A stretch of DNA of 60,955 nucleotides. It comes from Promethearchaeia archaeon. GTDB taxonomy: Archaea > Asgardarchaeota > Lokiarchaeia > Sigyniarchaeales > SOKP01. The notes below the pieces were generated by a model that was not told where the DNA came from, made no database searches, and was given only the letters and a program-made list of their open reading frames with translations. A program made the translations under genes and the position numbers. Positions 40,066-49,715 of the stretch are shown here, one piece after another (position 1 is the stretch's first letter; every line of letters begins with the position of its first letter). Location: the NCBI GenBank assembly GCA_029856155.1, contig JAHQWL010000013.1, positions 1-60,955 of the forward strand, read 5' to 3'.

Positions 40066-41656
40066 TTTTTCTAAAATAATTTATATTTATTTCTTTAAAA
40101 CAAGAATCTATTGATTCAATTTCTTCTAATTCTCTTAGAGAAATACGATTTTTATCATCTGAATCCTTTCCAGCCCATATTAATTTATTAAAGCGCTGGT
40201 GATGATGATGAAACCTTTGATTGGCATATTCTTTTGCTTGTTTAGTGTAAAGAAGAAAAGGCCAATCGCTCCCTTCCATTAACAAAAGTTCTCTTGCTGT
40301 TTGTTGTAAGATTCTTTTCTCCCATTCATTGGGATTTAAATTATGTTCCAGAACATTTTCAAACTCTTTAATTGAGCCATTGATATATGGCCAAATCCAA
40401 CTATGTTCTGGATTCTTCCAGACTTGAAAATGACCCCCTTCTCCCCAACTGCTCTCCTCCATCTTAATTACTGAAAAATTTTCTTTAAATTTAGATAAGT
40501 AATCACTAATAGTGATTAATTCGATTTCTTTATGGATATAAATCAATTCAAATATTTTTTTTAGCCAAGATATACCTTCCATCCACCAATGACCATAGAG
40601 CTCAAAATCATATGGAGAAATAATAATTCCTATTTGGTTAAATTTATCTGAAAATTGCTTTAGTTCCTCAGAAACTAATGAAACAAAATGATTAGCATGG
40701 GATTTGACTATTTCCTCTGCCTTTTCAATATTATATAGTTGCTTTTCCGCTTTTGCTAATTCTTTGCATGTAATTCTCCAATAATGTAAACCTGATTCAT
40801 AATCTTTTTTATGAAATTCTCTATAATATTCATTTCCGGGATAGCCTATTTCTGCATCCCATACTTGTCTACTTGTTCTTTTATTTCTGCCAAATACTGA
40901 AACTCCTGATTTTAAAGTATAACCAAAATTAGTATTTAATCCAATATCATTTTTATGCTCCAAAATCTCAGCATTTAAAATTCCATGAGAATCTACAAAA
41001 AAGTATTCTATACCTGAATTATTTAACCAATAGTCAATACTCTCCCTAACCTTTCCATTTTGGTAATCTTTTGGTCGATAAGCACATTCGGGAAGCCAGA
41101 TGCCTTTAGGTTCTTTATAAAAATACTTCTTATGATTATCAACAGCTAACTGAATTTGAGAAAAAATTCCTGAATCATTCTCAAAAAGTGGTAAAAATCC
41201 ATGGGTCACTCCACATGTTATCAATTCAATCATTCCTTCTTCTTGAAGCCATTTAAATGAACCCAATAAATCTCTATAATAATTATGATAAAATGTGTCT
41301 AATACGTACTCAAAATTCCTTAAATTATATTCAGCAATGAGCTTTCTTTCTCGGTGATTTTCAAATCGTTTGATGTCATTTTTAGCTCTTGATATTAAAT
41401 TCTCCATATATTCTGTAAATCTTTGTTTCATATATTCATCTGCTAATTGTTCTGCCAATATTGGTGTAATATTAATGGTAATAGCTGTTTTTATTCCATT
41501 CTCTTTTAATTCCCTTAAAATATTTAACATAGGTATATATGTCTCATTCATAGCTTCCATAAGCCATTCCTCTCCTGCAGGCCATGTACCAGACTTTTTA
41601 CACCATGGAATATGTCCATGTAGAACTAAACCAAAATATCCAAATGTCATTTTCAA
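40055..41656 (-). CDS. GH57 1,4-alpha-glucan branching enzyme
   Basis: LHGHIPW, ETYIP, GIWLPECAY, PYDFELYGHWWMEG, SDWPF. Confidence 0.9.
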   Translation of the reverse strand: MKMTFGYFGLVLHGHIPWCKKSGTWPAGEEWLMEAMNETYIPMLNILRELKENGIKTAITINITPILAEQLADEYMKQRFTEYMENLISRAKNDIKRFENHRERKLIAEYNLRNFEYVLDTFYHNYYRDLLGSFKWLQEEGMIELITCGVTHGFLPLFENDSGIFSQIQLAVDNHKKYFYKEPKGIWLPECAYRPKDYQNGKVRESIDYWLNNSGIEYFFVDSHGILNAEILEHKNDIGLNTNFGYTLKSGVSVFGRNKRTSRQVWDAEIGYPGNEYYREFHKKDYESGLHYWRITCKELAKAEKQLYNIEKAEEIVKSHANHFVSLVSEELKQFSDKFNQIGIIISPYDFELYGHWWMEGISWLKKIFELIYIHKEIELITISDYLSKFKENFSVIKMEESSWGEGGHFQVWKNPEHSWIWPYINGSIKEFENVLEHNLNPNEWEKRILQQTARELLLMEGSDWPFLLYTKQAKEYANQRFHHHHQRFNKLIWAGKDSDDKNRISLRELEEIESIDSCFKEININYFRKIKG

Positions 41657-41722
41657 GAAGAAGAATATTTTATTTTTAATTTAATCTTATAATATTATTA
41701 TCATAAATTATTGACATGAATT

Positions 41723-42889
41723 ATGAGTATTAAAATAAAAGCAATTACTGAACCTCCAAGTCAAGAGGAATTATCAAATCGTTTGGAGAGAGTTAGAAAA
41801 TTAATGAAGCAACAGGATTTAGATTATTATATTTCATTTAATCCAGTAAATATCTATTATTTAACCAATTTTGCATTTTATGTCCATGAACGCCCATTTA
41901 TACTTATAATAGAAAAAGAAAAAATACCAAAAATGTTAATTCCACGACTAGAGAAAGGGCATTTTGAATCTAGAGCGCGATGTGAACTCGATTTTATCAT
42001 ATACTATGAATTTCCCGCTCGAACCGGCGATAATTGGTATGATTATTATCAAGAGCAAATTAGATCAAATGCTAAAGTAGGAATAGAACCTGAATTACCA
42101 ATAAATATCGCAAACAAAACTCTAGGAGAAATAGTTGTTTCAGATCTAATTGATGAGGTTCGGATCATTAAAACTGATTATGAAATAGGGCGAATTTATC
42201 ATGCATGTCGAGTAGTAAATAAGGGACATAAAGTATTATTAAAAAGATGTCGTCCGAAAGTCCTTGAATTTGCTTTATATAAAGAAGTCACAGATGCTAT
42301 GACATCTAAAATAGTCCAAGATATACCAAATGCTAACTTTAGAGCCACAGAGACTACAGGAGCTGTTTGGCCTCCATCAATTTCTCATGATCCTCATTTA
42401 ATACCTCACATATTTGCCCCTATGGAAGAGGGTGGGCCACATGTTTCAATTGTCTCTGCTCAGGTAGATGGGTATGGAGTTGAGATTGAACGGTCCTTCT
42501 TTTTAGGTCACATTCCTGAGAAGGCTATAAGACCCTTTGAAGTAATGTTTGAAGCAAGAGCTCTGGCATATAGTATGCTAAAACCAGGAACAATCATGAG
42601 TGAAATAGATAAAGCAGTGAGGAATTTTATAACAGAAAAAGGACATGGTGATTATATAATCCACCGTACTGGACATGGTCTTGGAATTACTGGGCATGAA
42701 GCTCCATTTTTGGCTGAGGGTTATGATAGACCATTAGAAAAAAATATGGTTATTAGTGTCGAACCCGGTATTTACATTCCCGGGATAGGAGGGTTTCGTC
42801 ATTCTGATACTGTCTTAATTACTAAAACGGGATATCAAAAACTTACTAAAGCTCCAGAAACACTTGAAGATCTTACAATTCCAGTTTGA
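41723..42889 (+). CDS. Xaa-Pro peptidase family (M24) protein
   Basis: HRTGHGLG..GHEAP, SVEPGIY, GFRHSDTV. Confidence 0.88.
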   Translation: MSIKIKAITEPPSQEELSNRLERVRKLMKQQDLDYYISFNPVNIYYLTNFAFYVHERPFILIIEKEKIPKMLIPRLEKGHFESRARCELDFIIYYEFPARTGDNWYDYYQEQIRSNAKVGIEPELPINIANKTLGEIVVSDLIDEVRIIKTDYEIGRIYHACRVVNKGHKVLLKRCRPKVLEFALYKEVTDAMTSKIVQDIPNANFRATETTGAVWPPSISHDPHLIPHIFAPMEEGGPHVSIVSAQVDGYGVEIERSFFLGHIPEKAIRPFEVMFEARALAYSMLKPGTIMSEIDKAVRNFITEKGHGDYIIHRTGHGLGITGHEAPFLAEGYDRPLEKNMVISVEPGIYIPGIGGFRHSDTVLITKTGYQKLTKAPETLEDLTIPV

Positions 42890-42904
42890 TGCATCTTTAT
42901 TGAC

Positions 42905-43408
42905 CTATACATATTTTACTATTTTAATTAATGATTTCCTAGATGTAGGTTCAGGAATCTTTCCTTTAATATATCCAAAAGGTAACACCGTTAAAAGATG
43001 GTCCTTATCTCCTAAACCAATTATTTCTTTTGCTTTTTCTCTATTCATAGCTCCTATCCAACAAGTACCAATCCCTAAAGACCAAGCCATTAGCATCATA
43101 TTCATTGAAACTAATGATGTATCAATCAAATACCATTTAGGACTTGTTTTAATTTTAGCAACAATTGCTATTGCTACTGGAATTCCTTTCATAAAGTTGC
43201 CATAAAATGCGGTTTTTGCGATTTTTTCCAGAATTTCCTTATTTTGTATGACTATAAACTCCCATGGTTGACGATTTGAGGCACTTGGAGTCCATCTTCC
43301 CGCTTCTAAAATCATTTCAATTTCTTTTTCTGATATAGCTTTATCTTGAAATGATCTTATACTTCTCCTATCTTTAAGAAATTTTAGTAAAGCTTCTGAT
43401 TCTATCAT
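42905..43408 (-). CDS. Nitroreductase family protein
   Basis: RRSIRSF, PSASNRQPWEF, LGIGTCWIG. Confidence 0.92.
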   Translation of the reverse strand: MIESEALLKFLKDRRSIRSFQDKAISEKEIEMILEAGRWTPSASNRQPWEFIVIQNKEILEKIAKTAFYGNFMKGIPVAIAIVAKIKTSPKWYLIDTSLVSMNMMLMAWSLGIGTCWIGAMNREKAKEIIGLGDKDHLLTVLPFGYIKGKIPEPTSRKSLIKIVKYV

Positions 43409-43540
43409 TTTTGCATTATGTAAGTTATAGTATAAAAAATTTTTAATTAATGATCAATGAAATCGTAGATTAAAAAATTTATAGTTATATTTTATTTACT
43501 TCCAAAATTAATTTTAATATAAATTTATGTAAGAACTTTA

Positions 43541-44965
43541 TTGGAAAAATCTCATAATTTAATGCCTTTAACAGATTTAAAAGCTCAGTATTCAAAAAAA
43601 GAGCTAAAGTACGGTCCAACAAGTAAAGGATATTACTTAATGACAAAATATTATGAATCTCATAACCATGACCCACACCATACTTTTTTATATGGTTTTT
43701 TATGTTTGATATATGATGGAGTTAATACAATTGATGATTTAAAGTCCAAGATGCGTCTTTTTTTTATTTCCTCTACACGACATGTTGTTATAGGAGACGA
43801 AGATGTGGAGGAATTTTTGCAGAAAGCAAAACGAAAAAAATTGATTCAAAGTAATCAAGATAATATTATAACTCTTACTGATGAGGGAATAAATCTTGTT
43901 GAATTTAGCTATTTTTGGAATTTACACACTTCTTATTGGATGAGGTTATTTTTCTCTAAGACTATGGTGATGCTTTCTACAGCAGTTTTTTTAATCGTTA
44001 TTTCTTTATTAAAAATTTTTACGGGCTTGGATTTAGGATCCCAAGGAATGGTTGTAGAAGGATTTGAAAATCTAACAGATTTAGTTAAAATTGGAATTAT
44101 TGTTATTTTAGGACTTAAGTTTAAAAAAGACAAAATTGCAAGTGTTATAATTATTTTATTAATGATATTCACTGGAGGTACCTTAATTTGGTCTAGTATT
44201 GAAGCTTTATTGAATCCCATTATTATAACACCAACTATTCAAGCCTATATTATAGGAATTGTATCAATATTAGGGAACACTGGATTAATGTATTTGAAAG
44301 GAATGGTAGGAAGAACATCAGGAAATTTGTCTCTTTTAAGTGATTCTAAGGATTCAGAATTAAATGTAAAACTTTCTGCAGGAGTTTTAATCGGTTTAAC
44401 TTTTGCTATATTTAATTATTCATTTGTTGATTCTATTGTGGGAATTATTATATCTATTTTAGTTTTAAAAGAGGGTTTTGAAATATTGTACGAATTAACA
44501 AAAAAAGAAGAGGACTTTGACATTACTGCAATAAAAGTAATAGCAGATAATGTCTATGATAATCGTTTAACGGGTTATTTATTAGGAAGCATTAGACGAG
44601 AAAGTCTAACTCGATCAGAAATCATAAACAATTTTAATGAAGGCTTGACTCTCGGACGACAATATTATGAAGGATTTGCTGACTTCTTTTATAATGAATT
44701 AGGACCAGAGATTGCTGAAAAACATTTGAATACACTATTAGAGGGGAGATTAATAGAAACACTAGATGATAAATTAGTCTTAACTCCCAAAGGTCTAAAA
44801 ACTTTTTATAAGGCAAAAGTTAGGGAGTTTAGGGAACGAGCATATAAAATAAATGTTGGAGGTCGCTTTAAATGGCAAAATATATTATGTGTGTTATTCA
44901 TAGTGTTGTTTATATTAGTAATTATTTTTGCCCCCCAAATTAACTCATGGTTTGCCAGTCTTTGA
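43541..44965 (+). CDS. Cation-efflux (CDF)-like membrane domain flanked by two winged-helix-like domains
   Basis: Six TM helices with S..L..D and VDSIVGIIIS; wing motifs ITLTDEG and LVLTPKG. Confidence 0.65.
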   Translation: MEKSHNLMPLTDLKAQYSKKELKYGPTSKGYYLMTKYYESHNHDPHHTFLYGFLCLIYDGVNTIDDLKSKMRLFFISSTRHVVIGDEDVEEFLQKAKRKKLIQSNQDNIITLTDEGINLVEFSYFWNLHTSYWMRLFFSKTMVMLSTAVFLIVISLLKIFTGLDLGSQGMVVEGFENLTDLVKIGIIVILGLKFKKDKIASVIIILLMIFTGGTLIWSSIEALLNPIIITPTIQAYIIGIVSILGNTGLMYLKGMVGRTSGNLSLLSDSKDSELNVKLSAGVLIGLTFAIFNYSFVDSIVGIIISILVLKEGFEILYELTKKEEDFDITAIKVIADNVYDNRLTGYLLGSIRRESLTRSEIINNFNEGLTLGRQYYEGFADFFYNELGPEIAEKHLNTLLEGRLIETLDDKLVLTPKGLKTFYKAKVREFRERAYKINVGGRFKWQNILCVLFIVLFILVIIFAPQINSWFASL

Positions 44966-44971
44966 ATCTTC

Positions 44972-46237
44972 TTATTCTTCTTGATTAAAATAATCAGAAT
45001 CGAAATTGGGGTATATTTTCTTTTTCCTACCTTCCTTTTCTAATGTAATTAGACCGAGATCAATTAACTTATTTAAATGGTATTGAATAGTCTTATGATC
45101 TACTTTAAATTTTTTAGTAATTAAGTTATTCCATATTCCTGGTGTTTTTTCAATCATTTCCAAAATCTCCAGAGTTAGTTTACTCTTTTGTAACTTTAAA
45201 TTTACATTTGAAATTGGATTTTTTTGATAATATGGAAAATAGGCGATAAAATTACCTATTCGCTTTTTTCCAATAATTTTATAGGTCTGAAGAATATCAA
45301 GATGCCAGACTAAATTTCCTGCAGCTAACCCAGTCCTACGTAATAATTCATTGAAATGGATTCCAGGTTCAGTTAGAATCAAATCTATTATTACATTTCG
45401 ATTTTCATTTTCTAAAACTTCATCTAATGATAATCGATGTGCGCCTTTCTCAATTGGAACTGTTCTAGTTCTTAGATAATGGAAATAATCCTTTTTTGAA
45501 ATCAAAACTACTAAAGATGCAATCCCAACGGCTATTATTACAATTGTAACTACTAACCAAGTCCAATCAGTTTGAATAACCCCAACTTCTAAAAGTGTGA
45601 TAAAGTAATCAGTATCCTGCTGAAGGTTTGAAAGAGAACTTTCTAGGATTTTTTCAGATGTAGTGTCATTGATTATTTCAATAGTGTTAACTAATTCCCA
45701 CGATTCTTGGTTAGATTCGAATATAGCTAATGAATAGGTTTTACTTGGATTTATATTATAAAGTTGATTTTTTTTGTATCTAATGGTTAAATTAGAAATT
45801 GAGGTATTCATTCTTATCCTAAAAACACAGTTATATCCAAATTGAAATTGATAATTGACTCTTTGAGGCTCTTTTGGAGCTTGAATTACTCCAAAGTTAT
45901 GTAAATTTGATTTTGTTGATATGTTTAATGAAATCGGTAGACTATTATTTATTATAAAATAGATTTGGCGGTAGCTAATACTGTTTTCATACTCAATATA
46001 AAGATCAATATAGGTATCTGTCGAAATTTCGAATGTATTATTATTCATGAACTCATAAGATACTCTTTCTTTTGGTTTAATAGAATCTGTAGTGGAAAAA
46101 CCACTTACTTTTTCTTTTCGTGCATTAACATTAGAGAAAGATAAATTAGATTCAATGAAAAATATTAATAGAAGTAGAATAATGACATAAAAATACCTAT
46201 TTTTTTTTCCTAATCTAATAGTAGCCAACAAATTCAT
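44972..46237 (-). CDS. Transmembrane transcription regulator: signal anchor, ectodomain, TM, two wHTH domains
   Basis: LENENR..I...I...PGIHFNEL.R...LA.G.L.WHL..L and PGIWN...TIQYHL..L. Confidence 0.8.
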   Translation of the reverse strand: MNLLATIRLGKKNRYFYVIILLLLIFFIESNLSFSNVNARKEKVSGFSTTDSIKPKERVSYEFMNNNTFEISTDTYIDLYIEYENSISYRQIYFIINNSLPISLNISTKSNLHNFGVIQAPKEPQRVNYQFQFGYNCVFRIRMNTSISNLTIRYKKNQLYNINPSKTYSLAIFESNQESWELVNTIEIINDTTSEKILESSLSNLQQDTDYFITLLEVGVIQTDWTWLVVTIVIIAVGIASLVVLISKKDYFHYLRTRTVPIEKGAHRLSLDEVLENENRNVIIDLILTEPGIHFNELLRRTGLAAGNLVWHLDILQTYKIIGKKRIGNFIAYFPYYQKNPISNVNLKLQKSKLTLEILEMIEKTPGIWNNLITKKFKVDHKTIQYHLNKLIDLGLITLEKEGRKKKIYPNFDSDYFNQEE

Positions 46238-46292
46238 TCAATTACTTTTTATTATTATATAAAAATTTAAAAAAAAAATTTTATTATTTTCT

Positions 46293-46997
46293 TTACTTTC
46301 TTTTCCTATATGCTACTAAGACAACACCTATGACTACTACTCCTATAAAAACAACTTCAATACCTACAAAACCCCAAATCGCATCATCAGTTTCAGGTAT
46401 AAGAATCGTCCAGGTAGAGAAGTGGTTAGTTTCGGCAACTAAATATCCTGCTTGTTCTGTTGTTGGAACAGCTACCCATTCTTCTTCGGCTTCATCATAG
46501 TAAGCCCATGTTCCCTCGCGGTTTCTATTGTTTGCTTGAATTTTAAGTTGTGCTTTGATTTGTTCTGATCCTGATTTATTTGTCTGAATCCTTATGCAAA
46601 ACCCTTCTTGATATAATAAGTTACGATTTCGATTTCTTACTTGATATCTGCTTCCTTGTAATAATCCTAATTCTTTCTGTTCTTCTGTGCATGTCATATT
46701 CATTTCAAGATCATTCTCTGCTTCAAGTTCAATTTCAAAATGTTTATCTCCAATTTTTGGAGCTTCACTACAATTGATATATCCTTGAATTGATATATTT
46801 GCTCGAACTGTTAGTCTTGTTTGCAATTGAAATTGCCACGTTAAGTTATGATTTGCCTGTACCTGATATTGATATAATCCGGGATCATTGACAGGAATTG
46901 GAGGATCTGGAGTAGCTAATACCGTATTCACGTTGAATAATGCTAAGAAAATTGCGAAAGTAAAAATTCCGATAAATATTTTATTTAGCTTTTTCAT
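46293..46997 (-). CDS. Secreted, C-terminally anchored surface protein with juxtamembrane HFS motif
   Basis: Signal peptide; WAYYD...W..VPT...LVAETNHFSTWTIL; C-terminal TM followed by RKRK. Confidence 0.75.
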   Translation of the reverse strand: MKKLNKIFIGIFTFAIFLALFNVNTVLATPDPPIPVNDPGLYQYQVQANHNLTWQFQLQTRLTVRANISIQGYINCSEAPKIGDKHFEIELEAENDLEMNMTCTEEQKELGLLQGSRYQVRNRNRNLLYQEGFCIRIQTNKSGSEQIKAQLKIQANNRNREGTWAYYDEAEEEWVAVPTTEQAGYLVAETNHFSTWTILIPETDDAIWGFVGIEVVFIGVVVIGVVLVAYRKRK

Positions 46998-47311
46998 TTT
47001 ATTTTTAACACCTAAATTGGTCTAAGTAAATTAACGGGTGTCATATAAAAAAGATTGAGGAATAATTATACCCAATAAAATTAATTTGATTTACTGAATT
47101 ATTATTCAATATATAGACATTTATGTGCTACGAAATTAGAGCTTCGTTAGAAATCGATTACCCTTAATAGAAAAAAATCCCTTAAACCTTAAATTTAAAT
47201 TTTAACATTTTGAAAATATTATTAAACATTTTCAGATTAAAATAATAATAATGAATTCATCTTAAATTTAGTTTAATTTGAATTCAAATTCAATTTAATG
47301 GAGAAAAAGGT

Positions 47312-49567
47312 ATGTCGTTAAAAGATTTCACTAAAGAGGTATTCACACGATATGGTTTTACCGAAGATAATATCAATATTTATTTAGTCTATTTGAGAGT
47401 ACCTCGTGCTACTCCTTCTGAAGTTTACATGACTTTAGTGGAAGAACATGAAGGGTTACAATATGATACTGTATTAGAAATCACCAATTGGTTAGTTGAG
47501 AAAGGATTCCTCAAACGAGTTGAAGGAATTATTGATAGATATATTCCACTTCAACCATTTTTCGAATTATTTACAAATGAATCAGAGAATTTCAGAAATG
47601 AAATTGCTAGAATTAAAGATACAATATTAGCTGATCAATCTGATCGGTTTGAGAACCTTGAAGCGATACAAAATAAAAGTATTGGAGAGGTAGAAAATGC
47701 TGTTGATACACAAATCAAAAACTTTTTTGAAGATTCTGATTCTAAAAATAATACTAAAAAGAATCGAATAGATGGTGCCACTACACGTTTTACTGAGACT
47801 AGTAAGACATTAGAGAGAAATATTCATACAATAATGGATACTTTAAATTCAAATTTAAAAAATATCTCGGAGACAATTGTTAATAAAAATGAAACTGAAA
47901 TTACTACGACAAAAGACGATCTAACATCATTGATTTCGAAATTATTACTTGATTTTTCAAGTAGAGTCGAAAATTTAGAAAAAGAATTGAAGATGGACCT
48001 GGATGAACATGTTGAAAGACATAAAAATATCGCAAATCAACTTAAACCAAAAATGGAACAAATTCTTGAGAAATACTTGGAACGTATGGATAAAGTAGTC
48101 ACTGATTTAAAAGCTAAAATTTCGAATTTGTTAAAAGAACACTCAAATCATGTGAAGAACACTACAGATACTTTACAGGTAAATTTAAAGGCTACTGTTG
48201 ATGAAAGGCATAGAACATTAACAGATCAAACGAATGAATTTAAAAGCATGACCTTAACCTTGATTGATAATTTACTTGAACATGCAAATAGGTTTACTGA
48301 CTTTTCTGAAGATATGGCAAAAAAAGGATTTTTCTGGATGGGAAAGAAGAAAAAATATAAAGCTCGACATAAGACAACTATTGAGAATGTTTTAAAATAT
48401 ACAGAACCTATGAAACCTGATTTTATCAAAACAAGTGAAGATTACGTCACAAATACACGTATAACTACAGACAAGATCAAATCTGATGTAGCAGATATTA
48501 TGGTGAAAGAACATGATGGATTGGTTTCAGAAACTAATGATCTTGATTATAGAGCTCAAGAAACTATAAATGCTCAATTAGAGAATTTAGCAACCGATCT
48601 AGCAGGCGAGGTTGATGAAACCCTTCAAAGTGGCGTAAATGATTGTTCCGATACTAGAATAAAGTTAAAAGATTCTCTAGAAAATTCACTAAAGCAACAT
48701 CATCGACAATATGATGATGCAATAAATAATCATAAAGACAATTCTCTCAAACATTATACAGACTTTGATGTTGAAATTAAAAGGATAAGTGCAGATTGGA
48801 CTAGAGATGTAGATGTTAATTTCGATAATGGCAAAAGAGATTGTTCAGATAAAATCGATAGTGAAATTAGATTATGGGATGCTGAAGCAAAAGATATGAA
48901 TACAAACTTAACCGATATGCTCGCAGATCATAAATCTAAATATGAGCAAAACGCAAAAACCCTCCAAAATAGTTTATCAAATACTACAAAAGATACAAAT
49001 CAAAATGTAAAAGATGCAATTGCAGACTTCACATTACAGTTCATGAATTCTATCGATGATGCGACTGAATTAGGTGAAAATAATGAGGATAAATTAAGAG
49101 ATATTCATAATGCCTCAAGTTCAATTCCCGAAATAGCAAAAGTAACAACTTGGCCGATAGTGGGAAAAGATGCTATGGTTGCGGCTATAAAAGATGCTGT
49201 TTATCGTGTAAAATCTTCGATCATCATAGTTACTCCATATGTCGTCCCTGAGATATTACAAGTTGTCTCTGAATATGCCTTTCAGAAAAAAGCAGCGAGA
49301 TTTATGCTCACTTCCCATTTTGATTTAAGCACATTCTCTGGAATTATTGGCAAAATGAAGCAACTCGGCAATATCCAATTTAGACAATTACAAGGTACAG
49401 GTGAGTTTTTTGCGGTCACTAGGGATGCTGAAGAAGTAATTCTTGCACCTGCAACTGAAAAAGAAGCTGACATGATTGCAATTGTCTCAAACCAAGAAGG
49501 ATATGCGAAGTTGTACTCCCAGTTTATAGGTCCTATTTTCCAAGCAAATAGTCGCCCTATCAAATAG
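47312..49567 (+). CDS. TrmB-like wHTH, about 500-aa helical repeat stalk, and PLD-like (TrmB effector-type) C-terminal domain
   Basis: GFTED.INIYL.YL...T..E...LV.KGF...Y.PL.P at the N-terminus; VKSSIIIVTP and RDAEEVILAP at the C-terminus. Confidence 0.65.
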   Translation: MSLKDFTKEVFTRYGFTEDNINIYLVYLRVPRATPSEVYMTLVEEHEGLQYDTVLEITNWLVEKGFLKRVEGIIDRYIPLQPFFELFTNESENFRNEIARIKDTILADQSDRFENLEAIQNKSIGEVENAVDTQIKNFFEDSDSKNNTKKNRIDGATTRFTETSKTLERNIHTIMDTLNSNLKNISETIVNKNETEITTTKDDLTSLISKLLLDFSSRVENLEKELKMDLDEHVERHKNIANQLKPKMEQILEKYLERMDKVVTDLKAKISNLLKEHSNHVKNTTDTLQVNLKATVDERHRTLTDQTNEFKSMTLTLIDNLLEHANRFTDFSEDMAKKGFFWMGKKKKYKARHKTTIENVLKYTEPMKPDFIKTSEDYVTNTRITTDKIKSDVADIMVKEHDGLVSETNDLDYRAQETINAQLENLATDLAGEVDETLQSGVNDCSDTRIKLKDSLENSLKQHHRQYDDAINNHKDNSLKHYTDFDVEIKRISADWTRDVDVNFDNGKRDCSDKIDSEIRLWDAEAKDMNTNLTDMLADHKSKYEQNAKTLQNSLSNTTKDTNQNVKDAIADFTLQFMNSIDDATELGENNEDKLRDIHNASSSIPEIAKVTTWPIVGKDAMVAAIKDAVYRVKSSIIIVTPYVVPEILQVVSEYAFQKKAARFMLTSHFDLSTFSGIIGKMKQLGNIQFRQLQGTGEFFAVTRDAEEVILAPATEKEADMIAIVSNQEGYAKLYSQFIGPIFQANSRPIK

Positions 49568-49715
49568 AGCATTAATCAAGTATTTTAATTCTTTTATTTC
49601 TCTCTTTTTAAATACTTCAGACTTTAGTTTTTCCTCAATATTGAGTTAGTATTAAATATATAGCTTATGTGATACTACTTACAAATAGTCAAATCTGGAA
49701 TTAAATTATTATGGT

